From contig JAECRW010000003.1 in assembly GCA_016294985.1 (NCBI GenBank), positions 1 to 32,000 of the forward strand: DNA of 32,000 bases. Direction: 5' to 3'. Below are positions 1-12,096 of this stretch, piece by piece; the first letter of the stretch is position 1, and every line of letters starts with the position of its first letter. The DNA comes from Candidatus Sifarchaeum marinoarchaea (GTDB lineage Archaea > Asgardarchaeota > Sifarchaeia > Borrarchaeales > Borrarchaeaceae). The notes under the pieces were generated by a model. The model was given only the letters and a program-made list of their open reading frames with translations. It had not been told where the DNA came from and did no database searches. Both the position numbers and the translations under genes were made by a program.

Positions 1-1685
1 ATTATCACGAAACTGACGAAATAAAAATCAACTGTGATCCAGGACGTGTAAGACGTCCGCTAATGATTGTAGAGAATGGACAACCAAAGATTACTCCAAA
101 ACAAGTTGAAAAACTCATAAATGGAGAATTGAAATGGAATGATCTGATTTTAAATGGACTAATCGAATATCTTGATGCAGAGGAAGAAGAAAATGTGTAT
201 ATTGCGATTAGTCTAGAAGACCTTACACAATCGCACACACATCTTGAAATCGCTATTTCCACTATTTTGGGAATTTGTGCAAGTATTATACCCTTTCCAC
301 AGCACAATCAATCACCAAGAAATACTTACGAAGCGGGTATGTCAAAGCAAGCCCTTGGTTTATACGCCAAGAATTTTCAATTACGTGTTGACACCAGAGG
401 GCATTTCCTCCATTACCCCCAAGTTCCTCTTGTAAAAACACGAGCAATGGATGTAATTGATTTTGATAAATGTCCCGCAGGACAAAATTTTGTTGTTGCA
501 ATCCTCAGTCATGGTGGCTATAATATGGAAGATGCTCTCATAATAAATAAGGCATCGCTTGAAAGAGGACTTGCGCGATCTACATTTTTCCGATGTTATG
601 ATGTTGAGGAGAAACGCTACCCAGGCGGACAAGAAGATCGTTTTGAAATACCTGGTAAAAATGTAAGAGGATATAGAGTTAGTGAAGCTTATAGGCATCT
701 CGCTGACGATGGGCTTATCGAACCAGAGACTGATGTTTCTGGAGGAGATGTTATCATAGGGCGCACTAGCCCTCCCAGATTCTTGGAAGAATACACAGAA
801 TTCGAAATGCCAGCACCTATTCGTAGGGAGACTTCAATCAGCCTGCGCCACGGCGAACGGGGCACTATTGACACAGTAATTGTTACAGAAACCGTTGATG
901 GAAATCGATTAGTGAAAGTAAGAGTCCGAGACCAGAGGATTCCAGAACTCGGAGATAAATTTGCCTCAAGGCACGGACAAAAAGGAGTCTTAGGAATTAT
1001 CGTTCGGCAAGAAGACATGCCCTTTACGGAAGATGGGGTAGTTCCCGATTTGGTAATCAATCCTCATGCAATACCTAGCAGAATGACAGTAGGACAAATA
1101 ATTGAAGCCATATCCAGCAAAGTAGGTTGTATTCAAGGCATAAGAAAGGATGGAACTGCATTTTCTGGGAGTGAAGAAACACTACAAGAGGAAATGAGAA
1201 ACTCTGGCTTTGATCATAGAGGTCTAGAGAGTATGTATAATGGTATGACAGGGGAAAAATTCGAGGTAGATATCTTCATTGGAGTAGTTTATTATCAGAG
1301 GCTCCATCACATGGTTGCTGACAAACTCCATGCCCGAGCAAGAGGACCTGTCCAAATATTGACTAGACAACCCACCGAAGGCCGTGCAAGAGAAGGTGGA
1401 CTTCGTTTTGGCGAAATGGAACGAGATTGTTTGATAGGTCATGGTGCAGCACTATTACTAAAAGAACGTCTATTAGACGAGTCCGATAAGACTGTAGTAA
1501 TAGTTTGTGACGAATGCGGAATGCTAGCAGTACAAGATCGCTCACGAGATCGTTATTATTGTCCAATATGCGGTGACAAAACAACTGTGAGCCGTGTAAC
1601 TATGTCATATGCGTTTAAATTATTACTCCAAGAATTAATGAGTCTTGGAATTTCTCCACGTTTAAGATTAAAAGAACCTGCCTGA
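1..1685 (+). CDS. rpoB: DNA-directed RNA polymerase subunit B, C-terminal part (5'-truncated by window edge; B' if the gene is split)
   Basis: Frame 3 is open from nt 3, so [20 protein letters not shown] precedes the tracked Met at 63. Conserved beta-subunit blocks are present: [63 protein letters not shown]. There is a C-terminal CxxC...CxxC zinc ribbon. rpoA1 follows 14 nt downstream. Confidence 0.96.
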   Translation, partial: YHETDEIKINCDPGRVRRPLMIVENGQPKITPKQVEKLINGELKWNDLILNGLIEYLDAEEEENVYIAISLEDLTQSHTHLEIAISTILGICASIIPFPQHNQSPRNTYEAGMSKQALGLYAKNFQLRVDTRGHFLHYPQVPLVKTRAMDVIDFDKCPAGQNFVVAILSHGGYNMEDALIINKASLERGLARSTFFRCYDVEEKRYPGGQEDRFEIPGKNVRGYRVSEAYRHLADDGLIEPETDVSGGDVIIGRTSPPRFLEEYTEFEMPAPIRRETSISLRHGERGTIDTVIVTETVDGNRLVKVRVRDQRIPELGDKFASRHGQKGVLGIIVRQEDMPFTEDGVVPDLVINPHAIPSRMTVGQIIEAISSKVGCIQGIRKDGTAFSGSEETLQEEMRNSGFDHRGLESMYNGMTGEKFEVDIFIGVVYYQRLHHMVADKLHARARGPVQILTRQPTEGRAREGGLRFGEMERDCLIGHGAALLLKERLLDESDKTVVIVCDECGMLAVQDRSRDRYYCPICGDKTTVSRVTMSYAFKLLLQELMSLGISPRLRLKEPA

Positions 1686-1699
1686 GAGGGAAAAATAGA

Positions 1700-5526
<3,827 letters not shown>

Positions 5527-5835
5527 ATGGCGGATATAGCGAAAAGTATTCAAATCGCAGTAAAAACGGGTAAAACTATATTAGGAGCTAATGAATCTAT
5601 AAAAGCTGTTAAACATGGAGATGCAAAACTAGTTATACTTGCAGCAAACACTCCATCAACAATAAGAAATGATATTATACATTATTCTAAATTATCGAAA
5701 GTACCAACATTAGAGTTTGAAGGATCCAGCTTAGATTTGGGGTTTATTTGTGGTAAACCATTCTTAGTATCGGTTGTATCGGTTCAAGAACCAGGTGATT
5801 CAGATTTACTCAATTTATTGGGGGGCAATATTTGA
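5527..5835 (+). CDS. rpl30e: 50S ribosomal protein L30e
   Basis: 102 aa with the L30e pattern (AVKTGKTILGANESIKAVKHGDAKLVILAAN...GKPF). Its ATG directly abuts the rpoA2 TAA. This is the conserved position between rpoA2 and nusA. Confidence 0.9.
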   Translation: MADIAKSIQIAVKTGKTILGANESIKAVKHGDAKLVILAANTPSTIRNDIIHYSKLSKVPTLEFEGSSLDLGFICGKPFLVSVVSVQEPGDSDLLNLLGGNI

Positions 5836-6257
5836 GTAGCGTTAAAATAACAAGCGATGAAATCAAGTATATTGCATTATTTGAAAACATTACAGGTGCC
5901 ATCACAAAGGATGTTATTATTGATGATGACCGTCTGATTTTTGTAGTCAAAGAGGGGGATATAGGGAGAGCTATTGGGAAGCGTGGGATAAACATAAAAA
6001 GAGCCAAGGACATGCTACACAGAAACATCGACATTGTTGAATACGCAGATTCTGAGGTTGAGTTCATCAAAAACACTCTGGCGCCTGCTCGGATTAAGAG
6101 TGTAAGCGTTTCAGAAAAAAAAGAGCGGAAAGTAGCTATTGTAAATGTTGAACCCAAAGACAGAGGTATTGCAATAGGTAAAAATGGAAAAAACGTTGCA
6201 CGTGCACGCCTTCTTGCAAAAAGATACCTCAATATCGATGATGTAATAATTTCATAA
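5832..6257 (+). CDS. nusA: Archaeal NusA-like transcription termination/antitermination factor (two KH domains)
   Basis: 141 aa with two GxxG KH signatures (IGKRGINIKRA, IGKNGKNVARA). The TTG start overlaps the L30e TGA (tTTGA). GGGGGG lies 6 nt upstream. Confidence 0.9.
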   Translation: MSSVKITSDEIKYIALFENITGAITKDVIIDDDRLIFVVKEGDIGRAIGKRGINIKRAKDMLHRNIDIVEYADSEVEFIKNTLAPARIKSVSVSEKKERKVAIVNVEPKDRGIAIGKNGKNVARARLLAKRYLNIDDVIIS

Positions 6258-6296
6258 CCTCTTGATGGCGTAGATCAGAAAAGGTGGTATTATAAA

Positions 6297-6740
6297 ATGC
6301 CAGGAAGCAAGGCACCAAAAGGAGAATTTGCCGCAGGATTATTAACACGTAAGAGAAAAAAGTTTAGATGGAAAGATCGCTATTACAAACGAAGACAATT
6401 AAAGCTTGACATTAAAGCAGATCCATTGGAAGGAGCGCCTCAAGCACGGGGTATAGTTTTGGAAAAAGTAGGTATCGAGTCCAAACAACCGAACTCAGCG
6501 ATTAGAAAGTGTGTTCGTGTTCAGCTGATAAAAAATGGAAAGCAAATAACTGCCTTCTTACCAGGAGACGGCGCACTTCTTTATGTAGATGAACATGATG
6601 AAGTAATAGTGGCGGGCATTGGTGGGTCTAAAGGTAGAAGTATGGGTGATCTTCCAGGAGTTAGGTGGAAAGTTACTCAAGTTAATGGTGTAGCGTTAGA
6701 TTCGTTGATATTGAAAAAGAAGGAGAAACCTATCCGGTAA
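6297..6740 (+). CDS. rps12: 30S ribosomal protein S12 (uS12)
   Basis: 147 aa containing [20 protein letters not shown] and GDLPGVR blocks. Position in the cluster is conserved. Confidence 0.95.
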   Translation: MPGSKAPKGEFAAGLLTRKRKKFRWKDRYYKRRQLKLDIKADPLEGAPQARGIVLEKVGIESKQPNSAIRKCVRVQLIKNGKQITAFLPGDGALLYVDEHDEVIVAGIGGSKGRSMGDLPGVRWKVTQVNGVALDSLILKKKEKPIR

Positions 6741-6777
6741 ATGCTTCTTCATACTAATTCAAGGAGATGGAATAACG

Positions 6778-7371
6778 TTGTCAGATAAAAAACAAAAAGG
6801 TGGGACTTCTGAGATACTTCTATTTGGCAGATGGTCAACCGATGGAATAGAAGTCGAAGATCTTGGGTTAAAAAGATATATCTCTTTAAAGCCTGTAATC
6901 GCGCCACATTCAGGAGGCCGCCACGAACACCATCGCTTTCGAAAATCACAAGTATCAATTGTGGAGCGATTTATAAATAAATTAATGCGCGGCGGACGTA
7001 ATACTGGCAAAAAGATGAAAATAACTAAGGCCATAATGGTTGCCTTTGAAATTATTAATTTACGAACCAAAGCAAATCCTGTTAAGATTTTGGTAAGAGC
7101 TGTAGAAAATAGTGCGCTTCAAGAAGAAACAACCCGCATTTCCTATGGTGGTATTGTATATCATCAAGCAGTTGATGTTGCACCCCAAAGAAGGGTCGAT
7201 CTGTCTTTACAGTTTCTGGCTCAAGGAATAAAAAAGGCTAGTTTTAGTACTGTGAAGTCATTTGAAGAATGTGTTGCTGAAGAATTGATTGCAGCTGCAA
7301 ATAATGATACACGAAGTTTTGCGATTAAAAGACGCCAAGAAAAAGAGCGAATTGCATTGTCTGCACGTTGA
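6778..7371 (+). CDS. rps7: 30S ribosomal protein S7 (uS7)
   Basis: 197 aa with the LLFGRWS N-terminus and the typical uS7 C-terminal region. It follows S12. The start is TTG 6778, with in-frame ATA 6772 an alternative. Confidence 0.95.
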   Translation: MSDKKQKGGTSEILLFGRWSTDGIEVEDLGLKRYISLKPVIAPHSGGRHEHHRFRKSQVSIVERFINKLMRGGRNTGKKMKITKAIMVAFEIINLRTKANPVKILVRAVENSALQEETTRISYGGIVYHQAVDVAPQRRVDLSLQFLAQGIKKASFSTVKSFEECVAEELIAAANNDTRSFAIKRRQEKERIALSAR

Positions 7372-7437
7372 GTCAAAGTTCGGTGCGTGTGGACATTTAC
7401 CACTTGTAAACATTAAAGTAATTTGTATTAGTTCACC

Positions 7438-7461
7438 AGCTTGTTATCTCACAAGCTTTTT
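7438..7461 (+). terminator. Hairpin plus T-run downstream of S7
   Basis: AGCTTGT (7438-7444) and ACAAGCT (7451-7457) form a perfect 7-bp inverted repeat with a 6-nt loop. A TTTT(T) run follows immediately, 67 nt after the S7 stop. Confidence 0.35.
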
Positions 7462-7477
7462 AAAACGAATTTACAAT

Positions 7478-7497
7478 CTTTAAAAGAATATAAATCA
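7478..7497 (+). promoter_or_regulatory. TATA-like elements upstream of EF-1alpha
   Basis: ctttaaaagaatataaatc lies 60-80 nt upstream of the ATG at 7558, with SD GGAGG at 7546-7550. Placement is plausible for an archaeal TATA box plus a short SD-bearing leader. This rests on sequence only. Confidence 0.25.
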
Positions 7498-7557
7498 ATA
7501 AATTCAATACATTAGAAACTACCTTAGAACAACTAGAAAAGGTTTGGAGGAAAGGAT

Positions 7558-8859
7558 ATGTCAAAATCCGGAAAACCACATATGAACCTTGTGATTATTG
7601 GACATGTTGATCATGGCAAATCTACGCTTGTAGGACATCTTCTCGTCCTAACGGGAGCTATTGACGAGCGAACTATTGCAAAGTATGAAGAAGACGCTGA
7701 TAAGATTGGAAAGGGAAGTTTCAAATATGCATGGGTACTGGACAAGTTAAAAGAAGAACGTGAACGTGGCTTAACTATAGATATCGCATTTTGGCAATTT
7801 CAGACACCCAAATACTACTATACTATTATTGATTGCCCGGGCCATAGGGACTTCGTAAAGAACATGATTACTGGAACCTCACAAGCTGATGCTGCTATCC
7901 TCGCGGTATCAGCCCGTAAAGGCGAGTTCGAAGCTGGAATCGGCAAAGGCGGTCAGACCGTTGAGCATCTTGTGCTTGCAGCTACTCTAGGTGTCGATCA
8001 ATTCATTGTTGCTGTTAATAAGATGGATGTTGCAGATTGGAGCCAAGATCGGTTTGAAGAGATCAAAAGCAATGTTGAGAACGTCTTCAAATTAATTGAA
8101 AAAGAACTTGATATGAAAATTACACGCTTCTACATTCCAGTATCGGCTTGGACTGGCGATAATATAACTAAAGCGAGCGATAATATGGGATGGTTCAAAG
8201 AGAATACGATCCTTCAGGCTTTGGATGAAATGAAAATTCCACCGCAGCCGACCGATAAACCGCTTAGAATTCCAATTCAGGACGTCTATACTATCACTGG
8301 TGTGGGCACTGTGCCCGTCGGCAGGGTTGAGACTGGTGTTCTCAACGCAGGTGATAAGATCCAAATTGAGCCTGTCTCAAAAGTGGGTGAGGTAAAATCT
8401 ATAGAAATGCACCACGAGCAGATGCCAAAAGCAATGCCCGGCGACAACATCGGATTTAATCTCAAAGGAATTGCTAAATCAGAAATTCGACGTGGAGACG
8501 TAGCAGGAGACACTAACAACCCGCCCAGTGTAGCAAAGGAATTTACTGCACAGATATTCATATTGCATCATCCAACTGCAATTGCTGCAGGATATACTCC
8601 AGTTATACACGCACACACAGCTCAAGTTGCATCTACCTTCCTAGAACTTCAAGCAAAGATTGACCGAAGATCTGGAGAAACAGTTGAAGAGAATCCGCCA
8701 TATCTGAAAACAGGAGACGGTGCAATCGTAAAATTAGTACCCACAAGACCACTTTGTATCGAAGAATATGCAAGCCTTCCTCAATTAGGTAGGTTCGCTA
8801 TAAGAGATATGGCTAAGACAGTAGGTGTAGGAATCGTAAAGAATATAGTAAAACGGTGA
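7558..8859 (+). CDS. tuf: Translation elongation factor 1-alpha (aEF-1A)
   Basis: 433 aa with GTPase motifs GHVDHGKST, DCPGHRDF and NKMD. Domain II/III blocks are conserved. A strong SD is present. Confidence 0.97.
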   Translation: MSKSGKPHMNLVIIGHVDHGKSTLVGHLLVLTGAIDERTIAKYEEDADKIGKGSFKYAWVLDKLKEERERGLTIDIAFWQFQTPKYYYTIIDCPGHRDFVKNMITGTSQADAAILAVSARKGEFEAGIGKGGQTVEHLVLAATLGVDQFIVAVNKMDVADWSQDRFEEIKSNVENVFKLIEKELDMKITRFYIPVSAWTGDNITKASDNMGWFKENTILQALDEMKIPPQPTDKPLRIPIQDVYTITGVGTVPVGRVETGVLNAGDKIQIEPVSKVGEVKSIEMHHEQMPKAMPGDNIGFNLKGIAKSEIRRGDVAGDTNNPPSVAKEFTAQIFILHHPTAIAAGYTPVIHAHTAQVASTFLELQAKIDRRSGETVEENPPYLKTGDGAIVKLVPTRPLCIEEYASLPQLGRFAIRDMAKTVGVGIVKNIVKR

Positions 8860-8932
8860 TTTTTTTCTAGGAAGCCTGCGAAGGCTTTCTCTATCAATTT
8901 TTATTATTTAAATTATAAGAAGAGGCAAGAAG

Positions 8933-9241
8933 ATGGTACAGCGAGCACGTATCAGACTGTTAGGTAAAGACACAACAGAACTGCAGAATGTTTGTAATCA
9001 ACTCAAAGAAATCGCTCAGAAGACCGGCGCGCGATTTAATGGACCTATTCCACTGCCAACGAAAAAGATAAAGATTCCTGTAAGGAAAACTCCTTGTGGC
9101 GAAGGTACGCCAACATGGGAACAGTGGCAAATGAGGGTTCATAAACGGATCGTTATACTCGATGCGAATGAAAGGACAATGTCACAAATTATGAGGATTA
9201 GGGTGCCAGATTCAATCTATATCGAAATAGAACTTGTGTAA
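8933..9241 (+). CDS. rps10: 30S ribosomal protein S10 (uS10)
   Basis: 102 aa containing ARIRL, GPIPLPTK and MRVHKR blocks. It occupies the canonical position after EF-1alpha. Confidence 0.95.
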   Translation: MVQRARIRLLGKDTTELQNVCNQLKEIAQKTGARFNGPIPLPTKKIKIPVRKTPCGEGTPTWEQWQMRVHKRIVILDANERTMSQIMRIRVPDSIYIEIELV

Positions 9242-9259
9242 TTAATTCTTACTTTCGTA

Positions 9260-9270
9260 TTTTGTTTTTT
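9260..9270 (+). terminator. Oligo-T tract after S10
   Basis: ttttgtttttt begins 19 nt after the S10 stop. Archaeal RNA polymerase terminates at oligo-T tracts. Confidence 0.35.
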
Positions 9271-9373
9271 AAGCATTATTTGCCAATTTTGCCTCATATT
9301 AACTTTTGAAAATCTCAAATCGGAAATGTTAATTTTATTTGAAGAGTCAATGCTAACAAAATCAGAATAAAAA

Positions 9374-9539
9374 TGGTGGGTCCGGCGGGATTTTCATTCT
9401 TGAGGGAGCTCTGAGAATTTTGAACCCGCGAATCGAAGTTCCCCTCCTTATTGAAGTGGAACTTTTCCGGCTCCGCAGGCATACGCCTTAGACTAGTTTT
9501 ATCTAAGTCGGCGCCCGATCCAGGCTAGACTACGGACCC
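9374..9539 (-). tRNA. tRNA-Arg (anticodon GCG) with three putative introns and encoded CCA
   Basis: Minus strand reads GGGTCCG-TA-GTCT-AGCCTGGATC-GGGC-G-CCG[28 nt]GC-CTGCGGA-GCCGG-[37 nt including the variable loop]-GCGGG-[35 nt including the TTCAAAT T-loop]-CCCGC-CGGACCC-A-CCA. The acceptor pairs 7/7 and the T-stem 5/5. The anticodon stem CCGGC/GCCGG forms only after excising 9481-9508. TTTTT follows the CCA directly. Confidence 0.8.
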
Positions 9540-9598
9540 GTGTAATTTGCAATATGTTTTTGTTGGGTGCGCATATAAGTCTTTCAGTTATGATTTCA

Positions 9599-10240
9599 TT
9601 AAAGGAGTGCCTTACACTTTTCAACACCTTGCGTGGCATCGACAGCGTAGCCATCTACTCCTACTTCTTTAGCAAAATCTTCTGTTACAGCAGCACCTCC
9701 GATTATCACCTTTACCTGATCTCTGAGCCCCTCTTTTTCTAATTCTTCAACAACACTCTTAATTTGATCTACTGTGGACGTTAAAAGAGACGACATAGCC
9801 AAAATATCTGCTTTCGTTTCTTTGAGGGTTTCAATAAATTTAGATGCAGGTACATCAACGCCCAGGTCAATAACTTCGAATCCTGCTACCTTTAATAGAG
9901 AGATCATGATGTTTTTTCCTATGTCGTGAATATCGTCTTTGACTGTGCCAAACAAAATTTTACCGTGTGCCTTAGGCGTTTCACCTTCTGCAAGATACGG
10001 TTTGAGGACTTCTATATTCTGGCTCATAATCTCTCCCGCTATCAACAACTCAGTAACAAAGTAGACTCTTTCTTCATACAATCTCCCCACTTCCGCCATG
10101 CCTTCTGTCATACAATTAATAATTTCCAGTGGATCCATTGATTTAAGTGCATCTTCGACAATTATTTTGGCAGGCTCGGGATCTACATCAATGATCGCTT
10201 GTTTTACTTTTTCACATAATTCGGGATTTGCCTTTTCCAT
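9599..10240 (-). CDS. Corrinoid (cobalamin-binding) methyltransfer protein, MtaC/MtbC/MttC-like
   Basis: 213 aa. An N-terminal helical cap is followed by a B12-binding Rossmann domain with DxHxxG (DDIHDIGKN), SxL (SSLLTST) and GG (IIGGAA). SD TAGGAGGA lies upstream of the ATG, 17 nt after the upstream gene. Confidence 0.85.
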   Translation of the reverse strand: MEKANPELCEKVKQAIIDVDPEPAKIIVEDALKSMDPLEIINCMTEGMAEVGRLYEERVYFVTELLIAGEIMSQNIEVLKPYLAEGETPKAHGKILFGTVKDDIHDIGKNIMISLLKVAGFEVIDLGVDVPASKFIETLKETKADILAMSSLLTSTVDQIKSVVEELEKEGLRDQVKVIIGGAAVTEDFAKEVGVDGYAVDATQGVEKCKALL

Positions 10241-10257
10241 TAATTGTCCTCCTAAGC

Positions 10258-11298
10258 TTACTCTTTTGAATACTGTCGAGCCACTTCTGTTATAGCTTTC
10301 AAATTCTCATTTTTTACTCTAGTTGGAATCGCACATTCGGGAGCAAGAATCTCAACACCAGCTTTAGCAGCATAAAGCGCTTCTTTTTTTACTTCTTCAG
10401 GGCTTTTGTATAGCAGAGTTTCGGGATTGTTAATATTTCCCATAAGTGAAATCTTATTTCCTACAATCTTTTTTGCTTCAACTGCATCTACTTTAGAGTC
10501 AAAATGAAAACAATCAAATCCGGCTTGTGCAATGTATGCCAGGCGATCTGTCGTATTACCACAGATATGTAGGACGATAGGAGCTCCAATACGTTTAGTG
10601 ACATCTTGATGGACTTCCAATAAAAACTTACGATACGTTTCAGCGCTCACTAGATCTCCTGTCGCATGGTCTGCCAGCATTATTACGTCTGCCCCCGCAT
10701 CTACTTGTGCCTTTCCAAATTCAACTGTTAACTCTTTTAGAACCTCCATGAAGCCGTGTAATCGCTCTGGGTTTAGACGCACTGACATCAGAATATTTTT
10801 AGTGTCTGCGACGTGATACGAGAGTGTCCAGGGTCCCATGACTTTGCCAACAATCGCAACTCTGTCGCCATATTCATGATGTAGGATGTTAATTGCATCG
10901 AGCAAGGCTCTTGGTGCCGTTCTTTCGAGGAAATCATCGGGGATGGTCACTTGATCAGGTTCTTCCCAGAATTTGATGTTTTTGCCGTCCGGCATGCGAT
11001 CTGTGTCCCCCCAATCCATTTCTCCTGGAAGTGGATCGCCATTTTCTATGAATGCAGCGCCTTCAACCCATACGGAAAAGTACGGTAGAATGCAGTCGTA
11101 ATCAAGCATGGTATGCGCAGTGGCGGCTAATTTTGCCATCTTTTCTGCATCATAGTGTGCCTCAGGGAAGTATGTTCCACTTGCATCCATACATTCTACA
11201 GTTACTACACTGGTTACTGAGCCGACTGGTAACCTATCAACTCTTCCGCCAAACAATCCGGATAAAAATCGCCTTTTAGGTGTCATCCATTCGCTCAT
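10258..11298 (-). CDS. URO-D-family methylcobamide:thiol methyltransferase (MtaA/MtbA-like MT2)
   Basis: 346 aa with a URO-D/MtaA-like fold signature. It carries the H-x-C...C zinc motif known from MtaA/MtbA (VLHICGNTT and LAPECAIP). It is apparently co-transcribed with the corrinoid protein. Confidence 0.8.
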   Translation of the reverse strand: MSEWMTPKRRFLSGLFGGRVDRLPVGSVTSVVTVECMDASGTYFPEAHYDAEKMAKLAATAHTMLDYDCILPYFSVWVEGAAFIENGDPLPGEMDWGDTDRMPDGKNIKFWEEPDQVTIPDDFLERTAPRALLDAINILHHEYGDRVAIVGKVMGPWTLSYHVADTKNILMSVRLNPERLHGFMEVLKELTVEFGKAQVDAGADVIMLADHATGDLVSAETYRKFLLEVHQDVTKRIGAPIVLHICGNTTDRLAYIAQAGFDCFHFDSKVDAVEAKKIVGNKISLMGNINNPETLLYKSPEEVKKEALYAAKAGVEILAPECAIPTRVKNENLKAITEVARQYSKE

Positions 11299-11368
11299 TT
11301 TATGTCCCTCTTAGATCATTAAAGGAAATAATCGAGTTAAGAAGAGAAATCATTATTTGGATGAATAA

Positions 11369-11383
11369 AGAGATATTATCTCT
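11369..11383. promoter_or_regulatory. Perfect palindrome in the divergent methyltransferase promoter region
   Basis: AGAGATA-T-TATCTCT has 7-bp arms and a 1-nt centre. It lies 69 nt upstream of the 11452 ATG and 71 nt from the 11298 start, directly beside the A/T-rich tttttaaaattata. Confidence 0.3.
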
Positions 11384-11451
11384 GTGCTTTTTTAAAATTA
11401 TACTGAAGATACATTTCAGAATGATTTTCATAACACCGCTGAGGGAAAAAT

Positions 11452-12096
11452 ATGGAGACAACTATTTTAGACAACATTGCAAACTCGTTAGGGAATCTTG
11501 AAAATGGTGAAAAGCTTACAGAACTCTTGAGGAAAGCTCTCGAAAGTGAAATATCCATGGCGGATATTATCGAAAAAGGGCTACGAAAAGGATTGGAGAC
11601 TATCGGCAACAAATATGAAGGCGGGGAGTATTTTCTTTCCGAACTTCTATATGGTTCCGACCTTACTAATGCTGTTTTTGAAATATTAAAACCGTATTTG
11701 CAACAGCTTGAAGCAGATGTGAAAGGCATAATCGTTACTGGGACAGTAAGAGGAGATATGCATGATATCGGAAAGAACGTTTTCAAAATGTTTGCAGAGG
11801 CATCTGGTTTCAAGGTAGTTGATCTCGGTGTAGATGTAGATCCTGAATTATTCATCAACGCTGTTGAAGAGAATAAAGCAGAAATACTCGGATTATCTGC
11901 CTTACTGACTACAACTATTTCTGAGATGAAAATCGTGTTAGAAAAACTAAACTCAGCGGGAATAAGGAATAGAGTTCGGGTGATACTTGGGGGTAATGCT
12001 GTGTCAGAAGAATTTGCTGAAGAGATTGGCGCTGATGCCGCAGTTTTAGATGCCGTGCAAGGAGTACAACTTTGTAAGGAGTGGATGGGAGAATGA
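11452..12096 (+). CDS. Corrinoid (cobalamin-binding) methyltransfer protein, second paralog
   Basis: 214 aa with the same architecture as 9599-10240: GDMHDIGKN, SALLTTT, ILGGNA. SD GAGGG lies upstream. Confidence 0.85.
   Translation: METTILDNIANSLGNLENGEKLTELLRKALESEISMADIIEKGLRKGLETIGNKYEGGEYFLSELLYGSDLTNAVFEILKPYLQQLEADVKGIIVTGTVRGDMHDIGKNVFKMFAEASGFKVVDLGVDVDPELFINAVEENKAEILGLSALLTTTISEMKIVLEKLNSAGIRNRVRVILGGNAVSEEFAEEIGADAAVLDAVQGVQLCKEWMGE

Noticed and set aside
286-1060. Several minus-strand ORFs of 71-123 aa inside rpoB
   Set aside because: They are antisense to a universally conserved gene, and I recognise no motifs or translation signals.
5810-6232. 140-aa minus-strand ORF opposite nusA
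   Set aside because: It is antisense to a KH-domain gene in a conserved operon position, and its product is low-complexity and hydrophobic.
6772-6774. In-frame ATA two codons upstream of the S7 TTG start as a fourth AUA-start case
   Set aside because: It is ambiguous. The SD (AGGAG, 6762-6766) is 5 nt from the ATA and 11 nt from the TTG, so neither spacing is ideal. The two extra residues are not diagnostic, so I did not count it as evidence.
7289-7483. 64-aa plus-strand ORF overlapping the S7 3' end and spacer
   Set aside because: It is out of frame within S7 and runs through the putative terminator hairpin. No translation signal is present.
9486-9492. GTCTAAG in the tRNA could be read as an anticodon loop with CUA (amber-decoding, tRNA-Pyl-like), which is tempting next to methyltransferase genes
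   Set aside because: It has no flanking 5-bp stem and lies inside the 28-nt insertion that must be removed to form the CCGGC/GCCGG Arg anticodon stem. The gene has a normal D-loop and T-loop, unlike tRNA-Pyl. No methyltransferase ORF here has an in-frame TAG.
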